A stretch of 64,000 nt of DNA from Patescibacteria group bacterium (GCA_019744845.1 JAIETW010000001.1:418859-482858), one strand, 5' to 3'; positions 47,237 to 57,512 are shown, counted from the stretch's first letter. A program made the numbers and translations. The notes: generated by a model from the letters alone, not told the origin.

Positions 47237-48331
47237 CTATTTAATCGTCATCGGTTTCCCGTTCTGTATCGTCCGCACGACTGGTTCTGAAACAACCAGC
47301 CCATCGTCATCAACAGATAGTTCCCCGACTGCACCCTTGTGATCTCTAATGTTGTGAAGTGCATTCGTAACCTGTTCAGACGTAGGCTTCATGACTCCTT
47401 GTGCAGCGGACTCTACGCCCTTCACAAACAACATCACTGCGTCATACCCATTGGCCGCTCCAACCGTGGGCGCAGTACCATATCGTGCTTCGTACTTTGC
47501 AACGAATTCAGTTGTAGGGTCCGCGGCATTCACAAACCACATTCCTTCAAATAGTTCTGGCTGCGTCGTCCATTCAAAAGATTCAATGGACGTAAGCGGC
47601 GCCGTCACTCCAAGCTCGCGCATTTGGTGCGTAATGATTTCAAGTTCAGGGGACATAGATACCAACATGTATATGTCTGCATTTGTGGTTTTGAGTTTCG
47701 CAATCTGTGTACGCATATCTGTTTCACCTGGGTTGTACATTTCATACCCCGCAAGGGTGACATCAGAGTTTGAAATGTCCTTCTCCACTTGTGTGGCAAC
47801 AGCAAGTGTCCCTGGTTGGTTCGCCGCAATGATTGCAACAGATTGGATACCGCGCTTCTGTAGCTCCTGGATAAGAAGCTCAGATTCTTTGTACGGTGGC
47901 GTCCAATGCACAAAGTTGTATCTTCCGACCGCAACATTCTGATCAGAGGCAATTCCGTTTATATGGACAATCTTGTAGTCCTCTGCGAGCGGGCTCACGA
48001 CATTTCCTACTGGAGATCCGAAAGAGAAAATGCCATCTACTTTGTTCACTGACAAAAGCTTGCTTGCGGTAGTAGCTCCCGTCTTTGGATCAAACCGATC
48101 ATCTTCGTAGATAATCTTGTACGTGAACGTGGTGTCCTGAAGCTCGGAAAGTGCGAGCTCCATCCCGTTCTTGTATCCTTCTCCTAGAAAGGCAAGATCA
48201 CCTGAGAGGGGTAGGGTAGCGCCCATAACCACCTCCTCGGTGCTCTTTGGGGTCATGGAACTAGAGACCCAAAGCACAGTCAGTGCCACAATAACCGCGG
48301 CAGCAAGGATAAATTTTGTCGTGACGTTCAT
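47237..48331 (-). CDS. LivK-family (type I periplasmic) substrate-binding protein 1
   Basis: GATLPLSG, YEDD, ANGYDA. Confidence 0.88.
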   Translation of the reverse strand: MNVTTKFILAAAVIVALTVLWVSSSMTPKSTEEVVMGATLPLSGDLAFLGEGYKNGMELALSELQDTTFTYKIIYEDDRFDPKTGATTASKLLSVNKVDGIFSFGSPVGNVVSPLAEDYKIVHINGIASDQNVAVGRYNFVHWTPPYKESELLIQELQKRGIQSVAIIAANQPGTLAVATQVEKDISNSDVTLAGYEMYNPGETDMRTQIAKLKTTNADIYMLVSMSPELEIITHQMRELGVTAPLTSIESFEWTTQPELFEGMWFVNAADPTTEFVAKYEARYGTAPTVGAANGYDAVMLFVKGVESAAQGVMKPTSEQVTNALHNIRDHKGAVGELSVDDDGLVVSEPVVRTIQNGKPMTIK

Positions 48332-48512
48332 ATGTAAGGTAGGTGAGTGGTGCGTTGGTAACGACACATTTCTACCTCATATGTCAAATTTGTTATTTAT
48401 TATTGACGGAAGATAGTGCAAAAATGCTTTATTTTATGTGTTTTATAGGTTATTTGAGTTTATTGTTCGTCTGAATTGACACTTTTTGCAGATAGCGTAG
48501 GCTTTAGGCCAT

Positions 48513-49298
48513 ATGGCAACGAGAATCCTAGAACGACTTAAGAAAGCTGGCCTCTCAGACAAGGCTGCGGTGGTCTATGAAGTGTTGCTGGAGCGTGGTG
48601 GTGCGTACCCATCCGCTATTGCGAAGGAAGCGAGATTGAACCGCAGTACGACATATAAGATTTTACTGGATCTCTCAGTGAAGGGACTCGTGACCGAAAT
48701 AAAGAAGGGGAGCAAGCTCTATTACCAAATAGAGAAACCTCAAAAGCTAGTGCGGTTTGCCAAGATGCGTGTAGAGCAGGGAAAAGAAATGCAGGCGACC
48801 GCTGAGGAGCTGCTTCCAGAACTTGAAGGACTCTACTCACTTGTTCCAAACAAACCGAAGATCACCTACTTTGAGGGGAAAGAGGGGATGCTCTCAGTAT
48901 ACGAAGATCACGTGCGGGTAGACGAGCCATACGAAATGGTGGCGTGGGCAAACACAGGACACTTGACTGAATTCTTTCCTATAGATTTCTTTAAATTCTA
49001 TAAAAAAGAAAAGGAGCGCATTGGCATTTCTGCGCGCGGTATTGTGCCTGACACCAATAAAGATAAAGCCTTTATTGAGGAGCAGTACAGCTATATAGAT
49101 AAAAAGTACTGGCCAAAGATTAAACACATCCCTGCGGCACAGTTTCCATTTAAGAGTGAGATCACGGTATACGGAAAGAATAAGGTTTCTATTCTTAACC
49201 TAGAGAATAAAAACTATAGCGGCGTGATCATCGAAGACCCCACCATTCACCAGATGATGCGAATGATGTTTGAGCTCTCCTGGAACGGCGTTACGTAG
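48513..49298 (+). CDS. TrmB-family transcriptional regulator 1
   Basis: GLSDKAAVVY…RSTTY..L..L..KGLV wHTH, PKITYFEGKEG, FELSW. Confidence 0.88.
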   Translation: MATRILERLKKAGLSDKAAVVYEVLLERGGAYPSAIAKEARLNRSTTYKILLDLSVKGLVTEIKKGSKLYYQIEKPQKLVRFAKMRVEQGKEMQATAEELLPELEGLYSLVPNKPKITYFEGKEGMLSVYEDHVRVDEPYEMVAWANTGHLTEFFPIDFFKFYKKEKERIGISARGIVPDTNKDKAFIEEQYSYIDKKYWPKIKHIPAAQFPFKSEITVYGKNKVSILNLENKNYSGVIIEDPTIHQMMRMMFELSWNGVT

Positions 49299-50088
49299 TT
49301 TTCTCTGGGAGAGTGCTATCTATGTACCGGAACAAGGCTTTAATCGTGTCGGCAATGCGTTGATCCGTAATGATCATTGCCCAGGGGTGGTCTTCCGCGT
49401 AGGAGACGATAAACATCTTATCGTCGTAGGCTGCGAGCTCAATGTCAAAATCAAATTCTTTTGGCAAAAACTTAGTGACACGCAATTGCTCCTTGTCGTA
49501 GACACTCATCTCTCGAGACTTTGCACTATCTACCGCAAGCGCAAGCCACTTTACTCCTGCAGATGGACGACGTTTAAGAATGTAATCTATCCAATCCATT
49601 CCCATGAGATTGTAAATCGCATGTATGCCAGTAAACCCGTACACTAATTTCTCTTTGTTTTCGCGCACCAAATCTTCGTATGCTTGTTTTATACCTTCTG
49701 ATCCATCAAAGAATCGCATCTTTGGTCTATATTGTTCCTCTTGTTCACGAATGCGCGTAATGTCTGGAATAATGTCTGCAACCTTCTTCGCATTCCGTGC
49801 AAGACGTTCTTGCGCGCGCTCTAGATAGTCCACGAGAGAGCGGGGATGAATAGACTGGAAGCGAAGCACGCCTCGTTCTTCTGACGAAGTCACAATTCCT
49901 TTTTCAGTAAGAGAGTTCAGTATGCCGTACAGGGTAGTGCGGTTAAGTCGTGTACGTCGTGCGATGTCCGAGACTCTAAGCCCTGCTTCATGCTGCAGTA
50001 GAAAAGTGAAGACCCGTATTTCTGTTTCAGAGAGTCCTGCGCCAGTAAGTGCTTCTTTGAGAGTATCTAGGGTGGTGTCCTTGGACAT
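49291..50088 (-). CDS. TrmB-family transcriptional regulator 2
   Basis: GLSETEIRVF…RTTLY, PKMRFFDGSEG. Confidence 0.88.
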   Translation of the reverse strand: MSKDTTLDTLKEALTGAGLSETEIRVFTFLLQHEAGLRVSDIARRTRLNRTTLYGILNSLTEKGIVTSSEERGVLRFQSIHPRSLVDYLERAQERLARNAKKVADIIPDITRIREQEEQYRPKMRFFDGSEGIKQAYEDLVRENKEKLVYGFTGIHAIYNLMGMDWIDYILKRRPSAGVKWLALAVDSAKSREMSVYDKEQLRVTKFLPKEFDFDIELAAYDDKMFIVSYAEDHPWAMIITDQRIADTIKALFRYIDSTLPEKTT

Positions 50089-50195
50089 ACGTCGTGTTGT
50101 CGGAATGTATCAACAATATTATATGAAAAATTGACAAAATACAATGAAAGCACATACTTTCCGCTAAGTGCGACTTTATAAGTTTGTCGACAAAT

Positions 50196-51311
50196 ATGAA
50201 CAATAAATCATTGGTGTGGCTCGTGATTGCAGTCATTGTGATCGCGGGCGCATGGTACATGTGGAAAGGGCAGGGAAACATGGCAGACGAGACGGGCCCA
50301 ATCCGTATCGGCGCCTCACTTCCACTTTCAGGGGAGGTAGCAAGCTTCGGTGAATTCACTAAGGCAGGTATTGATCTCGCTCTTAAGGAAATCAACGATG
50401 CGGGTGGCATTAACGGCCGTACACTAGAAGTAGTGTACGAAGATGACCGCTGTTCTGAAGCGGGAAGTACCGTCTTCAACAAGCTTGTAAACATAGATAA
50501 AGTACATGCAATCATTGGCCCTGTCTGTTCACCTGCAGCAGGTCCGGGTATTCCAATTGCGGAGAAGGCAAAGATCCCAACCATTATCTGGGCATCTGCT
50601 CCAGGTCTTGCAGATCTTGGAGACTACATCTTCCGCACGTATCCATCGGACGCCTTCCAGGGGAAGGTGGGCGCAGAATACGTATACAACGAACTCGGCA
50701 AACGAAATGTCGCTGTGCTCTACACGAAGAATGACTGGGGCCAGGGCATCACTGATGTCTTCTCCAAGCGCTTCACTGAACTCGGTGGAACGATCGTCGC
50801 AGTTGAAAGTGCAAGCCAGGAAACTACTGATCTTCGCACACAGCTCACGAAGCTTCGCGATGCGAATCCTGACTTGATCTATCTTCCACTCTTCACTGCA
50901 AGTGCAACTGGCGCGGTGAAGCAGGCAAAGGATCTCGGCATTACTGTGCCGTTCTTCGGAGGTGACGTGCTCCAGGTCACCGAATTCCTCTCAGTACCTG
51001 AGTCAGAGGGTGTGATGTATACCTTCGGCAAGCTCAACGAGCCAGATGCATTCAAGGCTCGTGTGCTTGAGGTGACAGGAAAGGAATCAAACGTGTTCAG
51101 TGGTCTTGGCTATGACTCTCTTAAGATCATGGCAAAGATTATGAGCGAAGTTGGTACCGACCCTGAAGCCATCAAGAAAGAACTTGAAAAACTTCAGTAC
51201 ACGGAGGGTGTCTCACTTCCTCTCATCAGCTTTGACGAGGCAGGAGATCTCGCCACTGCAGAAGTAGAAGTCCGCATCATCCGCGGAGGAAAGTCTGAGC
51301 TTCTAAAATAA
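50196..51311 (+). CDS. LivK-family substrate-binding protein 2
   Basis: IGASLPLSG, INDAGGINGR, IIGPVCS, FRTYPSD. Confidence 0.9.
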   Translation: MNNKSLVWLVIAVIVIAGAWYMWKGQGNMADETGPIRIGASLPLSGEVASFGEFTKAGIDLALKEINDAGGINGRTLEVVYEDDRCSEAGSTVFNKLVNIDKVHAIIGPVCSPAAGPGIPIAEKAKIPTIIWASAPGLADLGDYIFRTYPSDAFQGKVGAEYVYNELGKRNVAVLYTKNDWGQGITDVFSKRFTELGGTIVAVESASQETTDLRTQLTKLRDANPDLIYLPLFTASATGAVKQAKDLGITVPFFGGDVLQVTEFLSVPESEGVMYTFGKLNEPDAFKARVLEVTGKESNVFSGLGYDSLKIMAKIMSEVGTDPEAIKKELEKLQYTEGVSLPLISFDEAGDLATAEVEVRIIRGGKSELLK

Positions 51312-51325
51312 AGACTGTACAAGAC

Positions 51326-51357
51326 AAAAACCGGCTGTGTTATGCAGCCGGTTTTTT
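51326..51357. terminator. Bidirectional terminator
   Basis: AAAAACCGGCTG…CAGCCGGTTTTT. Confidence 0.8.
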
Positions 51358-52149
51358 GTTTGTATCTTTCTGACTATTCTGAACATCTAGGCGCTTTGCC
51401 TCTTCCCACGCAAGCTCATAAATCTTCTTCATCGCGTGTGCAATCTCCGCACTTTCTATAATAATGCCGAGTTTTTCTCTCCAGGAAGCAATCATTACTT
51501 TGTTGTCATAGATTTCAATATCGGGAGAGATATCAAACTTATCTTTTGGTATGACTGCCGCTTCACGCATTTCCTCTTTGTTTTTTTTCATTCGTTCAAG
51601 AGTAAGCGGTGTTTCCGGAACAATTCCACGTGCAAGAATTCCCTTCTCAGCACGCCGTTCATAGTATTTAGGAAAATAGTCACCGAGTGTACCGTGCATG
51701 TCTTCATATGCAGCGTAGGCATAGATCGGCATTGTTGCAGTTAGAGTGTCTTCATACACTTGCTTCAATCCCTCTATGCCTTCATAAAAACGAATTTGTG
51801 GTCTACTCCCCACACGATGTAGAGCGGTAAGTTCTGGAACGAGACTCCGAGCTTTATCTATATCGTCCTGTGTTTCTTTAAGACGCTTATCAAGCAGGGC
51901 GAGCAGAGAAGTTGGAGACTCAGCGACATATTCCTGTCGGGGTTCTTTTCCTGAGATGCTTACAAGCCCTTTCCCTGCCAAAGAAGAGAGGACATCATAC
52001 CCTGTCGTGCGATTTATATTTGCTTCACGAGAAACCTTAGAAACAGTACTGCGCCCTAACTCTAGGAGGGCGATATACACATTCGCTTCTTTGAGCGAAA
52101 GACCGAAAGAAAGCAGCCTTTCTACTACCGTTTTTGACTGATTTTTCAT
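51340..52149 (-). CDS. TrmB-family transcriptional regulator 3
   Basis: GLSLKEANVY…RTTGY, PQIRFYEGIEG, YELAW; TTGACA-N18-TATACT promoter 7 nt before ATG. Confidence 0.88.
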   Translation of the reverse strand: MKNQSKTVVERLLSFGLSLKEANVYIALLELGRSTVSKVSREANINRTTGYDVLSSLAGKGLVSISGKEPRQEYVAESPTSLLALLDKRLKETQDDIDKARSLVPELTALHRVGSRPQIRFYEGIEGLKQVYEDTLTATMPIYAYAAYEDMHGTLGDYFPKYYERRAEKGILARGIVPETPLTLERMKKNKEEMREAAVIPKDKFDISPDIEIYDNKVMIASWREKLGIIIESAEIAHAMKKIYELAWEEAKRLDVQNSQKDTNKKPAA

Positions 52150-52338
52150 TACATTGAGTATAAAGGAGGCCACATATTTGTGTCAATAGTATTCCACACT
52201 AAAATTTATATATTAAATATACGTTGTATTTAATATATTAAATTACATTTAACTTGACGAAATATATTGACAATAAAACAATCCAGGTGTACACATGGAT
52301 TGTTTCGTGGGCTAATAACAATTAACTAAATTACTCGT

Positions 52339-53487
52339 ATGCAGGAGGGAAAGAAGCGGAATGTTCTCACGGTAATTGTGCTCCTCATTGTTCTTATAGG
52401 CGGAGCCTGGTTCTTTGCGGGAAACTTGAAGACGTCCGTCACAGGCCCCGTGCGTATTGGAGTGATCCACCCATTTACGGGAGATGCCGCCGTATATGGC
52501 GAGCCCATGCTTCGGGTACTCAATCTCGCAGCAGAAAAAATCAACGCAGAAGGGGGTATAGATGGATACCCTATAGAGTTCGTCGTTGAGGATGGTAAGT
52601 GTGACGGAACTGCAGCAGCAAATGCTGCTCAAAAACTCGTCAACATAGACAAGGTAGAAGTGATAATCGGTGGGTTCTGCAGTGGGGAGGCTTTGGCCGC
52701 GGAGCCAATTACCACCGCTGCTGGAGTCGCTCTTTTCTCTTCAAGCGCGAGTAACCCAAAGTTGAGCGGAATCAGTCCGCTTTTTGTTCGCAACTACCCA
52801 AGTGACTCGTCACAGGGTGTGGTGCTTGCAGATGCAGCGATTGCAAACGGAATGAGAAAAATTGCAGTTTTGCAAGAGCAGACAGATTACGCAGCAGGAA
52901 TCTACGAAGTGTTTGACGCACAGATACAAGAGAACGGAGGTACGACGCATAAAGAAGAATACACAACTGACTCGTACGACTTCCGTACTTCAATAGCGAA
53001 GCTGCAGGCCGAACGACCAGATGGGCTTTTTGTGATAGCAAATAGTCCTGTATCCGCTGAACGTATATTCAAGCAGCTTAAAGAGATGGGATGGGAGTCC
53101 TCACTCCTCGTTTCAGACGTGATAGCAGGAGATCCAACTCTTGTAGCTACGCATGCTGATCTTCTTGAAGGTGCGTATGCGGCTGAGTTCGGCGTCGACG
53201 ACAACAATCCAAAGTTCCGTGAAGTAATAGACGCGTATTCTGCTAAATATATGACTGAACCTCCTTTTCAAGCATACGTACAAACGGGGTACGATGCGGT
53301 CTTTCTTATCGCTGAAGCTATCAAGGAGGTGGGGTATGACGGAGAAAAAATTGCAGCCTGGCTTCGCGATGTAGAGAGTTGGCAGGGAGCCTCAGGCACG
53401 TTGACCATAAACTCAAATGGGGATCCCGAGGTGGGACACAGACTTGAGGTAATTAAGAGCGGAAAGATAGAGGTAGTTGGAGAGTAG
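52339..53487 (+). CDS. LivK-family substrate-binding protein 3
   Basis: IGVIHPFTG, INAEGGIDG, IIGGFCS, VRNYPSD. Confidence 0.9.
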   Translation: MQEGKKRNVLTVIVLLIVLIGGAWFFAGNLKTSVTGPVRIGVIHPFTGDAAVYGEPMLRVLNLAAEKINAEGGIDGYPIEFVVEDGKCDGTAAANAAQKLVNIDKVEVIIGGFCSGEALAAEPITTAAGVALFSSSASNPKLSGISPLFVRNYPSDSSQGVVLADAAIANGMRKIAVLQEQTDYAAGIYEVFDAQIQENGGTTHKEEYTTDSYDFRTSIAKLQAERPDGLFVIANSPVSAERIFKQLKEMGWESSLLVSDVIAGDPTLVATHADLLEGAYAAEFGVDDNNPKFREVIDAYSAKYMTEPPFQAYVQTGYDAVFLIAEAIKEVGYDGEKIAAWLRDVESWQGASGTLTINSNGDPEVGHRLEVIKSGKIEVVGE

Positions 53488-53500
53488 TCAGCCCAATCAG

Positions 53501-53531
53501 AAAACCGGTCACCTTCGCGGTGGCCGGTTTC
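53501..53531 (+). terminator. Hairpin between SBP3 and livH
   Basis: AAACCGGTCACC-TTCGC-GGTGGCCGGTTT. Confidence 0.65.
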
Positions 53532-53549
53532 GCGTATACTAAACATCAC

Positions 53550-54425
53550 ATGGATATTGCGGCGCAGCTCACCGTAAACAGCCTCATTGCAGGATCTCTG
53601 TACGCGCTTGTGGCAATGAGCTTCAACCTCATCTTTGGCGCTACTCGCTTCTTTAACCTTGCACATGGCGCGCTTGCGACGGTAGGAGCGTATGGCACAT
53701 TTTATGTAGGAGTGGTGCTAGGGCTTCCATTGTCCGTTGCGGTCGCAGGGGGAGTGCTTACTGCCGCACTCGCAGGATACGCACTAGAACGTCTCGTGTT
53801 TCGTCCACTTCGTGCCCGCAAGGCGTCTAACCTTGTTCTTCTTATTGCGTCGCTCGGTATCCTCATTGCGGTTGAAGCCATCTTGGCAATCTTCTTTACA
53901 AGCCAGTTCAAGACGCTCTCTGTCCTTACGGGCGCTGCGCAAACTATCCATATAGGAAGTGCCGTAATCACTCACGTGCAACTTACAATGTTCGCCTCTG
54001 CGGTACTCGTGTGCGGCACGCTGTGGCTAGTATTGAGCAAAACTTCGTTTGGGCGTGCAATTCGCGCGGTATCTGATGACGCAGAGGTGGCAAAGATTGT
54101 GGGAATAAATACGAACGTGATTATTGCCGCTCTCTTCGTAATTGGGTCCGCGATTGTGGGATTGTCTGGCGTGCTCTATGGGCTTGATACGGGCATAGAG
54201 CCGCGCCTTGGGTTCATGCTTCTTCTTAAGGGAGTGATTGCTGCAATTGTAGGCGGGATCGGAAATGTGTATGGAGGATTCCTTGGGGCATTCCTTGTCG
54301 GATTCGCAGAGAACTTTGGTATTTGGTTTATCTCTGGTGAATGGAAAGAAGCAATCGCGTTCGGCCTACTGGTACTCTTCCTTGTATTCCGCCCTCAGGG
54401 AATTCTGGGAAAGAAACACACATAA
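53550..54425 (+). CDS. livH: Branched-chain amino acid ABC permease LivH
   Basis: GSLYALVA, FNLAHG, GRAIRAVSDD, GGIGNV, RPQGILG. Confidence 0.9.
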   Translation: MDIAAQLTVNSLIAGSLYALVAMSFNLIFGATRFFNLAHGALATVGAYGTFYVGVVLGLPLSVAVAGGVLTAALAGYALERLVFRPLRARKASNLVLLIASLGILIAVEAILAIFFTSQFKTLSVLTGAAQTIHIGSAVITHVQLTMFASAVLVCGTLWLVLSKTSFGRAIRAVSDDAEVAKIVGINTNVIIAALFVIGSAIVGLSGVLYGLDTGIEPRLGFMLLLKGVIAAIVGGIGNVYGGFLGAFLVGFAENFGIWFISGEWKEAIAFGLLVLFLVFRPQGILGKKHT

Positions 54426-54428
54426 CGT

Positions 54429-55295
54429 ATGGAGTACTTCCTACACCTCGCAATCCTTTTTTCCATCTTCGCTATCCTTGCGATTTCTCTTCAACTTATC
54501 GTGGGCTATACGGGCTTACTATCGGTCGCACATGCTGGGTTCTACGGTATCGGAGCGTACATAGTGGCTCTCTTGCTCAAGAATGCAGGAATGAACTTCT
54601 TTCCTGCACTTCTTCTCGGAGCACTTGGAAGCATGCTTGTTGCATTTCTAATCGGCATCGTACTTTCACGCTTCCGCGATGACTATTACGCACTGGGCTC
54701 ACTTGGCTTCGGCGTTATTGCATTCTCCATACTCCTTAACTGGCAGGAGCTGACTCGCGGACCACTTGGCATTCCTGGGATTCCTCGTCCAGAACTTTTT
54801 GGGTTTGAATTTTCTTCTAATCTTTCCTATTTGCTTCTTTCTTTCATACTTCTTGGTGCGGTATATGCATTCTCACGATTTCTCACTCTCTCTTCTTTTG
54901 GTCGTGCACTTCAGGCAATACGTGAAGACGAAGAAGCGCTGTCTGTGTTTGGATATCGCACGTCGTGGTTCAAGCTCGCCGTCTTTGTTATTGGCGCAGG
55001 AATGGCGGGAATCGCCGGTGGATTGTTCGCGTCCTACATCACCTATATAGATCCAGGATCTTTCAATGTGACTGAGTCTATATTTATTCTCTCCTTAATT
55101 ATTCTTGGGGGTCTTGGCTCACTGCGAGGAGCAGTCGTTGGTGCCCTTGTGCTTATCCTGTTGCCTGAGGCGCTTCGGTTTGTGGGCTTCACACCTGATA
55201 TTGCCGCACAAATGCGCCAGGTAGTATATGGAGTTCTCCTTATTGTGCTTATGCTCTACCGTCCACAGGGCTTGATGGGGAAATACAAACTATGA
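54429..55295 (+). CDS. livM: Branched-chain amino acid ABC permease LivM
   Basis: GYTGLLSVAHAGFYGIGAY, GRALQAIREDE, RPQGLMG. Confidence 0.9.
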   Translation: MEYFLHLAILFSIFAILAISLQLIVGYTGLLSVAHAGFYGIGAYIVALLLKNAGMNFFPALLLGALGSMLVAFLIGIVLSRFRDDYYALGSLGFGVIAFSILLNWQELTRGPLGIPGIPRPELFGFEFSSNLSYLLLSFILLGAVYAFSRFLTLSSFGRALQAIREDEEALSVFGYRTSWFKLAVFVIGAGMAGIAGGLFASYITYIDPGSFNVTESIFILSLIILGGLGSLRGAVVGALVLILLPEALRFVGFTPDIAAQMRQVVYGVLLIVLMLYRPQGLMGKYKL

Positions 55296-56023
55296 ACGCC
55301 ATTACTACAGAACGTTTGCGTAAAACTTTTGGTGGCGTCGCGGCAGTAGACGACCTATCTATTGTCATACAAAAAGGGAAGATCATTGGGATTATAGGCC
55401 CTAACGGCTCAGGAAAGACGACGCTTACCAACGTGCTCACTGGCATTCACCGCATGGACGGGGGAGTGGTGGTGGTTGGCAAGAAGGAGCGCACACGTAT
55501 TAAGTCATGCGAAGTATTTGGTCTTGGACTTACCCGTACGTTTCAAAATGTACGCGTGTTTGAACAAGTAAGCGTTTTAGACAACGTCCTTATTGCGATC
55601 ACGAAGAAAGGAGTACTTGGATCATTGTTTGAGCGCGCATCTGCTGCACAAATTCAGAATGCAGATGCAGTTCTTGCACGAGTAGGGCTCACAGAAAAGC
55701 GCGATGCACTTGCTGCTGAGTTGTCATATGGGCAGCGCAAACTTCTAGAGATAGCACGTGCACTTGCAACTGATGCTGAAATTATTCTCTTTGATGAGCC
55801 CTACGCAGGGCTTTTCCCAGAAATGGTGAAGCGAGTCTCTGGAATCATGCAAGAACTGAAGGCAGAAGGAAAGACCGTCATACTTATTGAACATGACATG
55901 GCACTCATTCGTGAGCTGTGTGATCACGTTCTAGTGATGGACGCAGGGAAGTTACTTGCAGAAGGAACACCTGAAGCAGTGCTTTCAAATCCCTCAGTCA
56001 TAGAGGCATATCTTGGCGTATGA
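55292..56023 (+). CDS. livG: ABC ATPase LivG
   Basis: GPNGSGKTT, RTFQ, LSYGQRK, DEP, VIEAYLG. Confidence 0.9.
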   Translation: MNAITTERLRKTFGGVAAVDDLSIVIQKGKIIGIIGPNGSGKTTLTNVLTGIHRMDGGVVVVGKKERTRIKSCEVFGLGLTRTFQNVRVFEQVSVLDNVLIAITKKGVLGSLFERASAAQIQNADAVLARVGLTEKRDALAAELSYGQRKLLEIARALATDAEIILFDEPYAGLFPEMVKRVSGIMQELKAEGKTVILIEHDMALIRELCDHVLVMDAGKLLAEGTPEAVLSNPSVIEAYLGV

Positions 56024-56745
56024 GTACCGAAACACTTCTCTTACTTCAGGATGCGCACGTGCACTATGGTGGAGTCAAAGCTCTTGATGGCGCATCAATT
56101 ACTTTGGACGAGGGCGAAATCATCGCACTCATGGGCCCTAACGGAGCAGGGAAGTCTACGGTACTTAAGGCGCTCTTTGGTCTTGCACCTCTCACTTCAG
56201 GTGAAGTGAAATGGGAAGGAACCGTCATCCGCCCTATTCCACATCAAGTCGTACGCCGTGGAATCTCTTTCGTCCCGCAAGGTCGCCGTGTCTTTGCAGA
56301 TCTTACCGTAGAGGAAAACTTAGAGATCGGTGGATACACCGTCGGAGATGCGCGCCTTGTACGAGAGCGTATGAATGATCTATTTGAGATGTTTCCTATG
56401 CTCCGTCAGAAGCGTCACGCAAAGTCAGGAACCTTATCTGGTGGGCAGCAACAAATGCTCGCTATTGCTAGAGGTCTTATGACTGATCCTAAGGTGCTGC
56501 TTCTTGATGAGCCTTCCTTAGGTCTTGCGCCGAAAGTGGTGAAAGAGGTGTTTGCTTTTGTGAAAGAAATAAACGAGAAGCGAAATATGGCAGTGGTAGT
56601 GGTTGAACACAACATCAAGTCCCTTCTTGAGATAGCGACTCGTGGCTATGTGCTTGATAAAGGACGTGTCGTTGCTGAGGGGTCTCCACAGGAGCTAGTG
56701 GCTGCAGGCACACTAGAAAAAGTCTTTACGGGCGTTGCCCTCTAG
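56020..56745 (+). CDS. livF: ABC ATPase LivF
   Basis: GPNGAGKST, LSGGQQQMLAIAR, LLDEPSLGLAP. Confidence 0.9.
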   Translation: MSTETLLLLQDAHVHYGGVKALDGASITLDEGEIIALMGPNGAGKSTVLKALFGLAPLTSGEVKWEGTVIRPIPHQVVRRGISFVPQGRRVFADLTVEENLEIGGYTVGDARLVRERMNDLFEMFPMLRQKRHAKSGTLSGGQQQMLAIARGLMTDPKVLLLDEPSLGLAPKVVKEVFAFVKEINEKRNMAVVVVEHNIKSLLEIATRGYVLDKGRVVAEGSPQELVAAGTLEKVFTGVAL

Positions 56746-56766
56746 CCTGGTATACTGAGTCCCAAT

Positions 56767-57510
56767 ATGCTCGTCGTCGGTAACTGGAAGACGTACGTCC
56801 GTACCAGGGAGAAAGCCAAGAAGCTGCTTGTAGCAGCGAAGCGCCTGGCGCTCGGAAGAAAGATAAAGATAGTAATTGCTCCTCCTGCGCCCTACCTTGG
56901 GCTCTTTACCGCAAGTCGGGGAGGAGTTGCCTTGGCTTCTCAGGATGTATCAGAGAGCCTAGACTCTACTGAGACTGGAGAAGTTCCTGCACCTCTATTA
57001 AAGGAGATGGGTGTCACTTATGCCATCATCGGGCACTCCGAGCGCCGCGCTCGTGGAGAGACTGATGCGCAGATCCGCGAGAAGGTGCAGCGGGCACTCG
57101 TACACGGTATTACTCCTATCCTTTGTATTGGAGAGAGCGAACGTGATGCAGATGCAAAGTATCTTGCACACCTTCGGACGCAAATCACGTCTGCATTGTC
57201 AGGCATTCCTGCGAAAGATCTTCTTGATATCGTTATTGCCTACGAACCAATCTGGGCGATAGGGAAGAGTGATGAAGATGCGATTCAACCTGCAGACCTC
57301 ATGGAGACAGTACTCTACATTCGTAAGGTGCTTGGTGATTTCATCCCGGGCAAAGGTGCGACCCGCGTAAAGATATTGTATGGAGGATCTGCAGAGCCGG
57401 AGAATGCGCGTGCGCTTGCCGGTGGTGGTGGCGTAGACGGGTTCTTGGTCGGGCACGCAAGCGTTGACGCCAAAATGTTTGCAGGCATAGTAAAAGCACT
57501 TAAACAATAG
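56767..57510 (+). CDS. tpiA: Triosephosphate isomerase
   Basis: GNWK, GHSERR, AYEPIWAIG, LYGGS. Confidence 0.94.
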   Translation: MLVVGNWKTYVRTREKAKKLLVAAKRLALGRKIKIVIAPPAPYLGLFTASRGGVALASQDVSESLDSTETGEVPAPLLKEMGVTYAIIGHSERRARGETDAQIREKVQRALVHGITPILCIGESERDADAKYLAHLRTQITSALSGIPAKDLLDIVIAYEPIWAIGKSDEDAIQPADLMETVLYIRKVLGDFIPGKGATRVKILYGGSAEPENARALAGGGGVDGFLVGHASVDAKMFAGIVKALKQ

Positions 57511-57512
57511 AT

